A stretch of 64,000 bases of DNA, from the IMG/VR virus record IMGVR_UViG_3300032265_002475, positions 5 to 64,004 of that record; one strand, given 5' to 3'. This stretch comes from a virus. Position 1 is the first letter of the stretch; each line of letters opens with the position of its first letter. Under the pieces are notes generated by a model. It was not told the origin of the DNA. It searched no databases and saw only the letters and a list, made by a program, of their open reading frames with translations. The translations under genes and the position numbers were made by a program. This document shows positions 30,185 to 40,210 of the stretch, one piece after another.

Positions 30185-32038
30185 TTATAAAGGAGAAATT
30201 TTACCACGAATATCATTATTTAGATATTTTACTTCAAATATGCTTGGATCTAAAGAAGGATAAATGATATTATTATTAGTTGCTCCTACTATGTTATAAG
30301 AATATTGTGAATATCCATTATTAACTCCACTTTTATTTGAGATTGTTATACTTTTAACAGTTTGAACACCGTTAATTTGATCTAATAAAATATATAAATC
30401 TCTTAACATTATTGGTTGGTTAATTTGCCAATTATCTATATTAAAATAATTTTGTAAAGTATTTATACAATTAGTTAATACATCATTATTATTATAATTA
30501 GGATAAACTATAATTTCAAAATCAACACCAATATTAATAATAAAAGCATCTTTTATATTTACACTATCATTTATTATTCGATATTGTGATAAATATGTTG
30601 ATAAATTTTGTTTTAAACTATTAGAAGCTACTGCTAAGTTTTTATTTAAATCAAAAGTTAAAACATATAAATCTAAAATAGATTTACTTTCCCCAGAAGA
30701 TAAAGTATTAATTTTAACAGGTTCAATATATGCTTTTGAAATAGTTCCATATTTAGGATCCATACTTAATGCTCTAACTAAATAATCATCTGATGTTACA
30801 TTTCTTAATTGAGTATTATAATTAGCTATAGAATTTTGTCTTATATTTTCTACTGTATCTCCATTACTACCTCCAGAAGCAGCATTTGGATTTGTAACAG
30901 CTAATGAACTTATTACTGAATTTGCTATTCCTGTTGTTAAATTATTATTTAAAAATGTAATATTACCATTTATTTGAGTTAAAGTATTAGAAGAAACATT
31001 TGTATTTACTCCACCGCCTGTTAAATATCTAATAGTTAAAGTAGTATTAGATGGAGCTATACCATAAGTTCCAGTAAACATAAAATTAGCTGGACTGTAC
31101 GCTACTCCCATTTTACTTATTCTTGAAGGTAAACCTATACCTACATTATCTGAATTAGGTACTATTTCTTCGTCGCTATCAGTTGCTGAACCTGCTCCAA
31201 ATTGTAATTGTAAATTAGTACTATTTAAAAATCTAGTTACAAAACGTCTTTGTACTTTTTTTAATTTTAAAAGATATGGAGTATCACCACCATTTAAAGT
31301 ATTATTAGGATCATTAATGTTAGTATTTTTAACATCACCATAAACCATTTCTTGAGCTAAATACGGTACTTCATACCATAAATTTCCATCACTATCAGTT
31401 ATATCTAATATACCAATTATATTATTATCATTGATATTTACTGTATTAAAGCGTTGAGGGCTTCCAAAAGTAAATGTTGTAGTATTAATAGCAGAAGAAA
31501 TAGCTTGTCTTGTCTTTTTTAATAAATAATAAGATGGATTATTACCTGATAATTGATAAACAGTTACTGTTGTAGGATCACTTGAACTTGAAATTGAAAA
31601 ATCAACAGTATCTTGTATTAAAAATGAAACTGGTGATGTAGTATTAGTATTAATAGCAGCATTTGGTGCTATGTATAAAGCATAATTAAAATCAGGAATA
31701 TAATTTACCCCTACTGAAGGGACAATTTGATAAATATCAATATCAGTTATAGCTACTCCTGTTACTTTAGGTTTATACCCAAACATATACGCTAATTCAA
31801 ACAAATTATTTGTTTGTCTCGCATATTGTAAAAAATTTTCTTGAAATTGATTATCTAAATAAAAAGATAAAACATCACCTACATAAGCAGCCATTTCCAT
31901 AAACATCATACCTGGACTTTCTTCACTAAAATCTGTGTATGTTGTTGGAAAATATGTTTGAGCATAATTTATAAGATTTGCTCTGAACTCACTAAAATCT
32001 TTATTTATATATTTTATTTGTCTGTTTGTAGTTGCCAT
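30185..32038 (-). CDS. baseplate wedge protein, gp6 / baseplate-J-like
   Basis: N-terminal FRANLINYAQTYFPTTYTDFSEESPGMMFMEMAAYVGDVLSFYLD pattern typical of baseplate J family; directly after gp25-like gene. Confidence 0.55.
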   Translation of the reverse strand: MATTNRQIKYINKDFSEFRANLINYAQTYFPTTYTDFSEESPGMMFMEMAAYVGDVLSFYLDNQFQENFLQYARQTNNLFELAYMFGYKPKVTGVAITDIDIYQIVPSVGVNYIPDFNYALYIAPNAAINTNTTSPVSFLIQDTVDFSISSSSDPTTVTVYQLSGNNPSYYLLKKTRQAISSAINTTTFTFGSPQRFNTVNINDNNIIGILDITDSDGNLWYEVPYLAQEMVYGDVKNTNINDPNNTLNGGDTPYLLKLKKVQRRFVTRFLNSTNLQLQFGAGSATDSDEEIVPNSDNVGIGLPSRISKMGVAYSPANFMFTGTYGIAPSNTTLTIRYLTGGGVNTNVSSNTLTQINGNITFLNNNLTTGIANSVISSLAVTNPNAASGGSNGDTVENIRQNSIANYNTQLRNVTSDDYLVRALSMDPKYGTISKAYIEPVKINTLSSGESKSILDLYVLTFDLNKNLAVASNSLKQNLSTYLSQYRIINDSVNIKDAFIINIGVDFEIIVYPNYNNNDVLTNCINTLQNYFNIDNWQINQPIMLRDLYILLDQINGVQTVKSITISNKSGVNNGYSQYSYNIVGATNNNIIYPSLDPSIFEVKYLNNDIRGKISPL

Positions 32039-32442
32039 TAAAATGTTATTATTAAGTTATTTTGTAAACCTGTATTAGCTATAGAATAACTTAGTTCTAT
32101 AAAAATTTGGTTATTATCTGGATCTTGTAAAATATTTAGCTCATTTATTTTTACATTTGGAAATCGTCCTGTTATTTGAGATTGAATATTTTCTTTTAAA
32201 AAATCTAAATTATTATTTGTTATTTGTTCAAATATAAAAGCTCTAAGATTACCACCAAAATTTGGGTTTAAAAATCTTTCAGATTCATTTGTTAGTAAAA
32301 AATTTATAAGATTATTTTTTACAGCATCTACCGTATTATATGTAGAAATAAATACATTATTAGTATTAAAAGGAATACTAACACCTAATGCTACATTAGG
32401 TCTAGTATCTGAAGGAAATATTTTAATAGGATTATATGCCAT
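32038..32442 (-). CDS. baseplate wedge protein, gp25 / GPW-like
   Basis: 134 aa; TNESERFLNPNFGGNLRAFIFE vs T4 gp25 TRKGSRPFDPEFGCDLSDQLFE; RFPNV vs EPRI. Confidence 0.7.
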   Translation of the reverse strand: MAYNPIKIFPSDTRPNVALGVSIPFNTNNVFISTYNTVDAVKNNLINFLLTNESERFLNPNFGGNLRAFIFEQITNNNLDFLKENIQSQITGRFPNVKINELNILQDPDNNQIFIELSYSIANTGLQNNLIITF

Positions 32443-32789
32443 TATTTATTTAATAAACTTGCTATTTGACTTAAATCTAATTCTCCTGGAGGTAAAGCTG
32501 AACCTTCAGCTGCTGTATTTACAGCAGTAGGTCTAAATGTTCCACTATTAAATGACATTGTATCTCCTTTTAAAGAAGCATCCATACCACCTAAAATATC
32601 CATATATGCTTTTCTTTTATCCATATATGTTATTTCAGATTCAGGTTCTGGTTTAGGGGCATTTATATAATTTTCAGAAATTTGTTTTTTAGAACCTTTA
32701 ATACTTTCTAATAAAATTTCTTTTAATTCTTCTTGAATTGCCTCTTTTACAGCTGCTTTAATAAATTTTTTAAATTCTATTGCTTTCAT
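32442..32789 (-). CDS. hypothetical protein (MK leader variant)
   Basis: MKAIEFKKFIKAAVKEAIQEELKEIL. Confidence 0.5.
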   Translation of the reverse strand: MKAIEFKKFIKAAVKEAIQEELKEILLESIKGSKKQISENYINAPKPEPESEITYMDKRKAYMDILGGMDASLKGDTMSFNSGTFRPTAVNTAAEGSALPPGELDLSQIASLLNK

Positions 32790-32805
32790 ATATATAAATA
32801 TTTAA

Positions 32806-33738
32806 TTAATAAGCTTTTAAATTATTTTTATCAATATACAATTGAAGTTCATCTATAAGAACTTGTGGATTTGTAGTAAATGATAGTGAAGTTTCAATTA
32901 ATGGTATTCCTTGTATATTATAACCAACTGCTTTTCTTCTTAAAATTTTGTCATTATAAGGTACCTCTACTATTTTTATTGTAAATCCTTTATATTGATA
33001 TGTTTGAGTTATTGAATTTGATTGATTAGTTTGATTGTTATTTTGTGTTAATATAATTAAATTATTATTTATTGGTAATAATTTTGTATTAGGTAAACAT
33101 TTAATTATTAATAAATCTAAAATATTTAATAAGTTTAAAATTGTAGTGATAGCAGCTGTAAAAACATCTATAGCTCCTGAAATATTTTCTATTTGATTTT
33201 TTAATTCTGGTAATTTAGCAGTCCCATCTGATTTAAAAAGTAAAAACATTCTTACATCTTCTAAATCACTTAATGCTGATGTTATCACTCCTGGTACTCC
33301 CGGAGGTGATGGTATAAGTTTACTTCCTAAAGATATTGCTGATTTAACTGTTGAAATTATTTCTGGTATAGTTAATGCTAATTCTAAAATTGTAGATGCT
33401 TTTGTTACTGTTCCTGTTACTATATTTAATGTATCGTTAATTTTATTAATAGAATCAGTTATTCCATTTCTAATTATAATAATTTCGTTTAAAATTTCTA
33501 AAGGTGGACATATATCTGGAATATCTGCTACTGTAGGTGGAATACTAGTAATGTTTATTCCTGCTTTTTGCATGTTTGTTAATAATACAGTTAAAATTTT
33601 ATCTTTTAAATCTTGTACTTTGCTTAATAATAAAGTTTTTAAAGACATTAAACCTGATGTATTAGTATTTTTTAATATACTAGATGTATCTATTTTTTGA
33701 TAAGTTAATTTAGCTTTATTTATATTATCTAATGACAT
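32806..33738 (-). CDS. probable baseplate component
   Basis: position between spike-like and gp25-like genes. Confidence 0.4.
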   Translation of the reverse strand: MSLDNINKAKLTYQKIDTSSILKNTNTSGLMSLKTLLLSKVQDLKDKILTVLLTNMQKAGINITSIPPTVADIPDICPPLEILNEIIIIRNGITDSINKINDTLNIVTGTVTKASTILELALTIPEIISTVKSAISLGSKLIPSPPGVPGVITSALSDLEDVRMFLLFKSDGTAKLPELKNQIENISGAIDVFTAAITTILNLLNILDLLIIKCLPNTKLLPINNNLIILTQNNNQTNQSNSITQTYQYKGFTIKIVEVPYNDKILRRKAVGYNIQGIPLIETSLSFTTNPQVLIDELQLYIDKNNLKAY

Positions 33739-34967
33739 TATATTGTATATGACACATTTGATTTAATTGTTTCTAATTGACTGCTAATTGTAGTTAAAAC
33801 TAAATTTAATTGAAAAGCAGCTGTATTTATAGGAGCTAAATTTTCTCCTATTTTAGGAAAAGTAAATGCTAGTACTTCTGAAAATTTTTGTAAATTTTCA
33901 ACTAAATCTTTTAATAATTGATACGTTGATTCTCCTAATAATAAAGGCTCAGTTGCATCTTTAGATCCTAAATAAATTTTATTAGAATTTACAATAGTTT
34001 TTGGAGAATCTATATTTACACTTTCTACAGAATTTAAATTAACTGATTTAGCTGAGCTTAATAAAATATGATCTTTTTTACTATTAAGTACTACTCTATC
34101 AGAATTAATTATTATTTGTTTATCATTAAATAAATCAAGTTGTATAGGTGCATTATTATAGCTTTTATAATTTTTACTAGTTGCTGATAAAGGAATTTTT
34201 TGAGTACTTGTTAAATAAATAGAAGAATCATCATTATTAATATTTTCAGTAATAGGTAACCAACCTTCTTCATTTTGTTGTCCTTGACCATTTTTAATAA
34301 TTAAAATAGGATCACCATTATTACCAGATGTTGACCAGTTATTATTTCTATCTTTAACTGTAGAACCAAATCTTATACTATTACCCCATCTACCTTCATA
34401 AATTATATCTCCTTCAAATGCTTGTAAAGGATGAATATTAGTTTTTTCTTTAAATGTTTGTCCTAATAAGATTTCTGTAGATTTATCTAGAACTCTTCTA
34501 ACACTTCCTGCTGAAGTTTGTTCATAATCTTTTTGTTGAGATTCTGGTAAATTTGTAGGATTAATTGGATAAGCATTATGGTGTGGGTGGTTCCATAATC
34601 CTACTATATTAATATAATATATATTAGTAGAAGTTGGGTTTGAACCTATTTCTGTATTAGGTAATGTTAATAAATAAACAATTTCATTTATTAAAGGATA
34701 ATTTTTAATATTAGGAAATAAAGGTTTAGCTAAACCAAAATTACTTAAAGATGTTCCTGGGTTATTTACTGATGTAAATTGTATAGTTCCTATACTATTC
34801 CATTCTCCATATCCTTTAAATAAAGGATGTGTATCATCTAAAATAATAGATTGTACTCTTCCTTCAGTAATTAAATTATTTAATTTTTCATCAGATGAAA
34901 ATCTATTATCTTTTTGATTTAATCTATTATTTAATCCACCAAAACCATAAACATTATTAACACTCAT
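33738..34967 (-). CDS. baseplate central spike-like protein (gpV/gp5-like)
   Basis: C-terminal periodic IIINSDRVVLNSKKDHILLSSAKSVNLNSVESVNIDSPKTIV beta-helix-like repeats; position. Confidence 0.4.
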   Translation of the reverse strand: MSVNNVYGFGGLNNRLNQKDNRFSSDEKLNNLITEGRVQSIILDDTHPLFKGYGEWNSIGTIQFTSVNNPGTSLSNFGLAKPLFPNIKNYPLINEIVYLLTLPNTEIGSNPTSTNIYYINIVGLWNHPHHNAYPINPTNLPESQQKDYEQTSAGSVRRVLDKSTEILLGQTFKEKTNIHPLQAFEGDIIYEGRWGNSIRFGSTVKDRNNNWSTSGNNGDPILIIKNGQGQQNEEGWLPITENINNDDSSIYLTSTQKIPLSATSKNYKSYNNAPIQLDLFNDKQIIINSDRVVLNSKKDHILLSSAKSVNLNSVESVNIDSPKTIVNSNKIYLGSKDATEPLLLGESTYQLLKDLVENLQKFSEVLAFTFPKIGENLAPINTAAFQLNLVLTTISSQLETIKSNVSYTI

Positions 34968-35302
34968 TATTTAGCATTCAATTTATTAATTTCAGCCATA
35001 ATTTGTTCTTTTTCAGAATCACTAATCCCAAATCCTTCGTCTGTTTTCACATTATTAGCAGTAATACGTTGAATAATAGTAGCTAATTTAATTAATTGAT
35101 CATCATTTTTAACATCGATTTCAAGATATTCTTTAATTAAAGGTACTATTAATGTAGCATCACCAATATCTTCAATTAATGGTTTTAATTCAGCAATTAA
35201 AGCTCCTATTTGTTGAGATTTTTTCTTTTGATTATTATAAATTTCCTCTAATAATGTTGAAAATTTTTTATTTTTAAAAATTTCAAAATCTAAATTACCC
35301 AT
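34967..35302 (-). CDS. hypothetical protein
   Basis: ORF. Confidence 0.45.
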   Translation of the reverse strand: MGNLDFEIFKNKKFSTLLEEIYNNQKKKSQQIGALIAELKPLIEDIGDATLIVPLIKEYLEIDVKNDDQLIKLATIIQRITANNVKTDEGFGISDSEKEQIMAEINKLNAK

Positions 35303-35331
35303 AATACTTTTTAATATAAATATTTATATTA

Positions 35332-36075
35332 CTAAAATTTAATAACACCTTTATCTAAATAATAAGAATAACTGTTTTTAAATATATCTTTTAAAGAATT
35401 AGAAATTTTAGTTATTTTAATAGTTTTAACATCTATTATTTCTCTTATATAAATATATAATGCTTTTTTATTAAAAACATCTATATTTTCACGTTTACGA
35501 AATAATTCTAAAATAGCATCAGCAATTTTAGCGTCACTTTTATTTGGAAATAATTCATAAATATTTTCTGAGCAGTGTTTTACATATAATTCTATAAAAT
35601 TAGATAATTTATCAGGATTATTATCTTTATCTAATTCATATGAATAATTAATATCTTCATATAAAGGTTCTATTTCTGTTCTATTTTGCTGAATTTTATA
35701 ATTTTTATCATTATTAAGAATTAACCAACGTTTAACTATAGTTCCAAAATATGAATATGCTTTTGCTCCTTTTGATGCATCAAATAAATGAATTTTACTT
35801 AAAAGAAAAATAATAATTTCATGTTGTAAATCTTTTATATTATCTGTTTCTGTATAATAAAACTTATATGTATGGATAATATTTTCAGTTAATTTGAAAA
35901 AAGCATAATGTATTTTATCTTGATAAATTTTACTTTTTATTTTTTCATCTTGAGTACTATTATATAATACTATTGCATCATCTGTTTCTTGTGTAAAATA
36001 CACATTAGATTTTTTCTTTCTCGGCATTTGTTTCAATTTTGAATTGATTAATAATAGTTTGAATTTCTTTAACAT
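35332..36075 (-). CDS. sigma-70-family (ECF-like) sigma factor, phage-encoded
   Basis: FDASKGAKAYSYFGTIVKRWLI resembles region 2.3/2.4; alternative start at 36027 (MPRKKK) reduces overlap with upstream gene. Confidence 0.45.
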   Translation of the reverse strand: MLKKFKLLLINSKLKQMPRKKKSNVYFTQETDDAIVLYNSTQDEKIKSKIYQDKIHYAFFKLTENIIHTYKFYYTETDNIKDLQHEIIIFLLSKIHLFDASKGAKAYSYFGTIVKRWLILNNDKNYKIQQNRTEIEPLYEDINYSYELDKDNNPDKLSNFIELYVKHCSENIYELFPNKSDAKIADAILELFRKRENIDVFNKKALYIYIREIIDVKTIKITKISNSLKDIFKNSYSYYLDKGVIKF

Positions 36076-36301
36076 TATTAAAGAAAAATCCTATTTCATC
36101 ATCGCTTTTAAATATTTCTTTACTATCTAATTCTTTTAATTTTAAATCAGTTTGTTCTATAATAGCTGAAATGTTAGAAACATACATATTTTGTTTAATA
36201 GCAATATCTTCTAATTTTTCAGTTTTAGTTAAAAGATTATAAGTGATATAAGATAAAACTATTATCACTATTATAAGCAATATTATTAATACTATTTCCA
36301 T
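36005..36301 (-). CDS. small membrane protein
   Basis: N-terminal TM helix MEIVLIILLIIVIIVLSYI. Confidence 0.4.
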   Translation of the reverse strand: MEIVLIILLIIVIIVLSYITYNLLTKTEKLEDIAIKQNMYVSNISAIIEQTDLKLKELDSKEIFKSDDEIGFFFNNVKEIQTIINQFKIETNAEKEKI

Positions 36302-36302
36302 A

Positions 36303-37076
36303 TTATAAATTATCTAACATATTTTTTAAATTGGTACTTTTAATGCTTCCTAAAGCTTTAGTTTTAATTGGTGTTTTTCTTTCAATAGAAGCTGAAACTA
36401 TATTAGTTCCCATTAATTTATTAACGTTAGTTTTAAATTTAGGTAACCATATTTTTTCCCATTCAATTCTAGAAGCCATTAAATCTGCTTGATGGATAAT
36501 AAAAGGTAAAGCAGTTCTTGGTTTTTGTTCAGCCATAAATGTACTTAAATATTTTTTATTTGCTTCATCATATAAACCATCATGTATTTTTATAGCAATC
36601 ATTTCATTTAATGAATACTGAATGTTATTTTCTTGAAGTAAAAATAAACTACGATCAGGTACAGATACAAAATCTAACTTATCATTGAACATATAATCTT
36701 CACCTAATTTTTCTTTACGCCATTGATCAGTCTGAGGTATATAAGATTCATTTTGTTCATCACCTATTTTACCTAAATCATGATTAATTGCTGAAAATAT
36801 TAATTCTTCTAATGTGTAAGTTGAAGTGTCAGTTCCCATTTCTTCCCATACTTTATGTAATTTAAGAGCACAATCTACTACTCTTAATACGTGATCTACA
36901 TAACCGCCTGGAAATGCATTATGATATTCTTTTTTATGTGATGCTGGCATCATCATAATACGTTCTTGATGTCTGGTATAGAATTTTTCTATATTTGTTC
37001 TACGTGGTTCGGGGAATTGTTCAAAATGTTTAAACAATTTTTCCCAATTTTCTGCTATTGTTTCTGCTGTAATCAT
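36303..37076 (-). CDS. HD-domain phosphohydrolase
   Basis: VDHVLRV...INHDLGKIG...IHDGLYD (H...HD...D). Confidence 0.6.
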   Translation of the reverse strand: MITAETIAENWEKLFKHFEQFPEPRRTNIEKFYTRHQERIMMMPASHKKEYHNAFPGGYVDHVLRVVDCALKLHKVWEEMGTDTSTYTLEELIFSAINHDLGKIGDEQNESYIPQTDQWRKEKLGEDYMFNDKLDFVSVPDRSLFLLQENNIQYSLNEMIAIKIHDGLYDEANKKYLSTFMAEQKPRTALPFIIHQADLMASRIEWEKIWLPKFKTNVNKLMGTNIVSASIERKTPIKTKALGSIKSTNLKNMLDNL

Positions 37077-37273
37077 TAGAATCTATTTATTTCGTCAGGA
37101 CTTAAATCTTCTCTATCAATCACGGCTTGTAATTCTTGAATCAATTCTTCTGATTCTGAGATTACTTGATTATAAGTTGCTAACGGTTCATTACGTGATG
37201 TAATGAATTTTAAAGTTTTCATTTTGTTTTCTAACAGCTCTAATTTAGCTGTAATTAAATTACGATTTCTCAT
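37076..37273 (-). CDS. small hypothetical protein
   Basis: ORF, coupled. Confidence 0.4.
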   Translation of the reverse strand: MRNRNLITAKLELLENKMKTLKFITSRNEPLATYNQVISESEELIQELQAVIDREDLSPDEINRF

Positions 37274-37279
37274 TTATAT

Positions 37280-37400
37280 TGTTTTTATTTAGTTACTGTT
37301 TTACCGTGTGCTACGTGTCACGTTTCTTTATTCTACGTGTTTTTATTACTCTACCCGTAATATGAATATAATAATAAATTTTTAAAAAGCCAAGCCTTTT
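37280..37400 (-). promoter_or_regulatory. intergenic control region with ACGTG-T-CACGT palindrome and CTACGTGT direct repeats plus weak promoter element
   Basis: gtgctacgtgtcacgtttctttattctacgtgt; aaaaagccaagcc. Confidence 0.35.
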
Positions 37401-37402
37401 AA

Positions 37403-37816
37403 TTAAGAGGTTTTTAAAACGTCAGATATATTTTTTAATGTAATACATTTTTCATATTCTTCATAACTTTCAAAAAATAAAAGTAGTGAAGTGACAAATT
37501 CTATAAAATCAGTTTTTTCTAAACTGTATGTTTTTAATATGTCAGTTTGTTCATAATTTGTTAAGTCTAATTTAGATAAATATTCCCAACATCTAACATA
37601 AATTACATAATTACCAGCTTTCTTAACGTCATCCATGTCTAATTTAGGTTGCACGTTAGAAAATATATTTATTACTTTTTCACTAAAAATATTATGTTTA
37701 TAATATAATTTGTGTGCAAGAGCAATCCAATATAAAGGATGCTCTTTAAATTTAATAACTTCATTACCATCTTCAGATTGATCTGAAAATAGTTCAAAAA
37801 TTTTATTTATATCCAT
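37403..37816 (-). CDS. hypothetical protein
   Basis: ORF. Confidence 0.5.
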   Translation of the reverse strand: MDINKIFELFSDQSEDGNEVIKFKEHPLYWIALAHKLYYKHNIFSEKVINIFSNVQPKLDMDDVKKAGNYVIYVRCWEYLSKLDLTNYEQTDILKTYSLEKTDFIEFVTSLLLFFESYEEYEKCITLKNISDVLKTS

Positions 37817-37869
37817 TTTTATATTTTAAAATAAAAATAAAAAAGAAAATTCAAAAAACCAAATTTTTA

Positions 37870-38526
37870 TTAAAATTTAAGATATTCATAATATTTTAGG
37901 GTCTTTGCTTTTCTATCATCTAAACCTATTGGTGTGGATGGTGAATTTGGATTTCCTAAATTTATAGCTTTAGATAATTTTAATATTGAAGTGTCATCCA
38001 CAATATTGCACAAATCCCACAAATGATTTCTATCAAAGAAAAATAGAGCAGATTCAAAAACAAAATCTGTTGCAACTAAATCTGGGTTAGTCATGATTTC
38101 AGGTTTGTGTAAATACTCTGAGAACGCTTTATAATTATCTTTACCAGTTAATTGTAAAGCTCCTCTACCTCTAAAATTCCAACCATCTCTCGAAGCTTCA
38201 TTGCCATTACCCATTCTATTACCATATACTCTTGAAGCAATTTTTTCAGGTTGCATTTTATATAAATCAGCCATATTTCCAGGAAAATAACTTGGGAATA
38301 TTTTTTTTAATCCATAAAATCCATCAGCTGTATAGTTTAAATTTTCAGTTAAAAGAACAAACCCACCTGTTTCGTGTGCTGTTTGACCAAAGAAATGTGC
38401 AGCTTTTTCAGGTGTCATTTTATAGAATTTAGCAGCTGCTTTTAATGTTGTTGGACCAAAAGCTCCATCTTGTTGATCAGGTGTTAAACCAATTTTTGCT
38501 TGAAAATTTTTTAAAGTAGTATTCAT
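37870..38526 (-). CDS. endolysin: peptidoglycan-binding domain plus GH19-family (chitinase-like) lysozyme
   Basis: LKNFQAKIGLTPDQQDGAFGPTTLKAA PG-binding repeat; AHFFGQTAHETGGF catalytic motif of GH19. Confidence 0.7.
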   Translation of the reverse strand: MNTTLKNFQAKIGLTPDQQDGAFGPTTLKAAAKFYKMTPEKAAHFFGQTAHETGGFVLLTENLNYTADGFYGLKKIFPSYFPGNMADLYKMQPEKIASRVYGNRMGNGNEASRDGWNFRGRGALQLTGKDNYKAFSEYLHKPEIMTNPDLVATDFVFESALFFFDRNHLWDLCNIVDDTSILKLSKAINLGNPNSPSTPIGLDDRKAKTLKYYEYLKF

Positions 38527-38738
38527 GATTTTTTATATTTGTGAAATAAGAAAGATAATCCAAAAAAGAATCCCGCTAAACAATATAATACGCAATTTGC
38601 ACCCCATAAACTTCCTGTAAGATGAATCAGGCCATATTGAACTATATCGAATCCAAAAGGGTTGAAAAACATAGCTAATCCTAAACAAATAGTTGATAAA
38701 TTTTTTTTCAATATTGTTTGCCAAGTAGTCACTGTCAT
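38523..38738 (-). CDS. holin-like small membrane protein
   Basis: 71 aa, two hydrophobic segments, 4-nt overlap with endolysin start. Confidence 0.4.
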   Translation of the reverse strand: MTVTTWQTILKKNLSTICLGLAMFFNPFGFDIVQYGLIHLTGSLWGANCVLYCLAGFFFGLSFLFHKYKKS

Positions 38739-38792
38739 TCATATAAATTTAATTTTATTAATAATTATATCATGTATAAATATGTATAAATA

Positions 38793-39212
38793 CTATTCAT
38801 CATCTGGAAATAACTTATGAGGTATTTTCTTATTAAACTTCATTATTTTTTTAACTTCCTTAGGCTCGTCTATAACATAATATAAAGCTTCTTTACTTTC
38901 TTCCATTGCTTTTGTAGTACGATGATTACCATCTATTAAAAGTAACTCAGATAAATCTGTTTCTGGATTTTTAAAGGCAACAACTATACCAATAGGCTTA
39001 GAATAATCCATTTTAAGATTTTTAATCTTTTCAGGATCTACACTAGTAAATAATGAACTTGTTAAACGTATTTTACTTGGATTTAATTTATAGATTTTAT
39101 ATTTTATACCATCTGATTTAATTAAATCGTATGCTTTATCTACGTCAAAAATATAACGACCATGGTAAGCTTTAAAAATTTCTTCTTTAAGTATATTTAT
39201 TAATTTTATCAT
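38793..39212 (-). CDS. MIKL-leader protein with ParB/Srx-like nuclease domain
   Basis: MIKLINILKEEI; LLIDGNHRTTKA resembles the ParB DGHHR motif. Confidence 0.5.
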   Translation of the reverse strand: MIKLINILKEEIFKAYHGRYIFDVDKAYDLIKSDGIKYKIYKLNPSKIRLTSSLFTSVDPEKIKNLKMDYSKPIGIVVAFKNPETDLSELLLIDGNHRTTKAMEESKEALYYVIDEPKEVKKIMKFNKKIPHKLFPDDE

Positions 39213-40210
39213 TTGATTAATTCAGTTTTATCTTTATCATAATATAATTTTTTTAGCTTAAGACATTTAGAAATGTCTAAACTAATTAATTGATTACGTT
39301 CACAATTTAAACGTTCTAAATTAGGACATTTTGAAATGTCTAAAGTAGTTAATTGGTTATTAGCACAATATAATGTTTCTAAATTAGGACAATTAGAAAC
39401 ATCTAAAGTAGTTAATTGATTAGAATAACAGTATAATTCTTCTAAATTAGGTAAACGACCCAATCTAAGAGTAGTTAATTTATTACCACAACACCATATT
39501 TTTTCTACTCTAGGGTCATTAACTACTAAAGTTTTTAAATTTTTATCACTACAATATAATTTATTATTTTCATCTAACTTAAATTTAATTCTTTCACCAT
39601 CTACCGTAATACCGTAAATTGATTGATTAGTGGAAATAGGTTCCAATTCAGTTAATATAGTTTCTTTAATTAATTGGATTTTATCTTTATCGTAATTTAA
39701 ATATTCTAAATTAGAACAGTTTGAAACGTCTAAACTAGTTAATTGGTTATTAGCACACTTTAATATTTGTAAATTAGGACATTTAGAAATGTCTAAACTA
39801 GTTAATTTATTAGAATAACAGTCTAAATAATATAAATTGGGTAATATACCTAATTTTAGAGTAGTTAACTGATTTCTCCAACAAGATAATTTTACTAAAT
39901 TAGGCAAATTACCTAATTTTAGAGTAGTTAATTGATTATTTTCACAATTTAAAGCTTCTAAATTAGGCAAATTACCTAATTTTAGAGTAGTTAATTGATT
40001 TCCAAAGCAATTTATTTTTGTTACTCGTAAGTCATTAACTACTAGAGTTTTTAAATTTTTAAACTCACATTCTAAATTATTATATTTATTTAATTTAAAT
40101 TTAATCTTTTCACCATCTACCGTAATACCGTAAATTTGACTAGACAAGGCATATTCATACTCAGCTAAAATTTGTTCTCTAATAAGTTGTTTTAGTTCGT
40201 GTTTTTTCAT
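39209..40210 (-). CDS. MKK-leader leucine-rich-repeat protein (two fused leader-LRR cassettes)
   Basis: MKKHELKQLIREQIL; repeats NQLTTLKLGNLPNL.L.C..N; internal second leader IKETILTELEPISTNQSIYGITVDG. Confidence 0.7.
   Translation of the reverse strand: MKKHELKQLIREQILAEYEYALSSQIYGITVDGEKIKFKLNKYNNLECEFKNLKTLVVNDLRVTKINCFGNQLTTLKLGNLPNLEALNCENNQLTTLKLGNLPNLVKLSCWRNQLTTLKLGILPNLYYLDCYSNKLTSLDISKCPNLQILKCANNQLTSLDVSNCSNLEYLNYDKDKIQLIKETILTELEPISTNQSIYGITVDGERIKFKLDENNKLYCSDKNLKTLVVNDPRVEKIWCCGNKLTTLRLGRLPNLEELYCYSNQLTTLDVSNCPNLETLYCANNQLTTLDISKCPNLERLNCERNQLISLDISKCLKLKKLYYDKDKTELIK

Noticed and set aside
38533-38742. Alternative-frame ORF overlapping the holin-like gene
   Set aside because: Same locus in a different frame. 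The 38523-38738 frame has two clean TM helices and a 4-nt overlap with the endolysin start. Only one can be real, and frameshift or sequencing error cannot be excluded.
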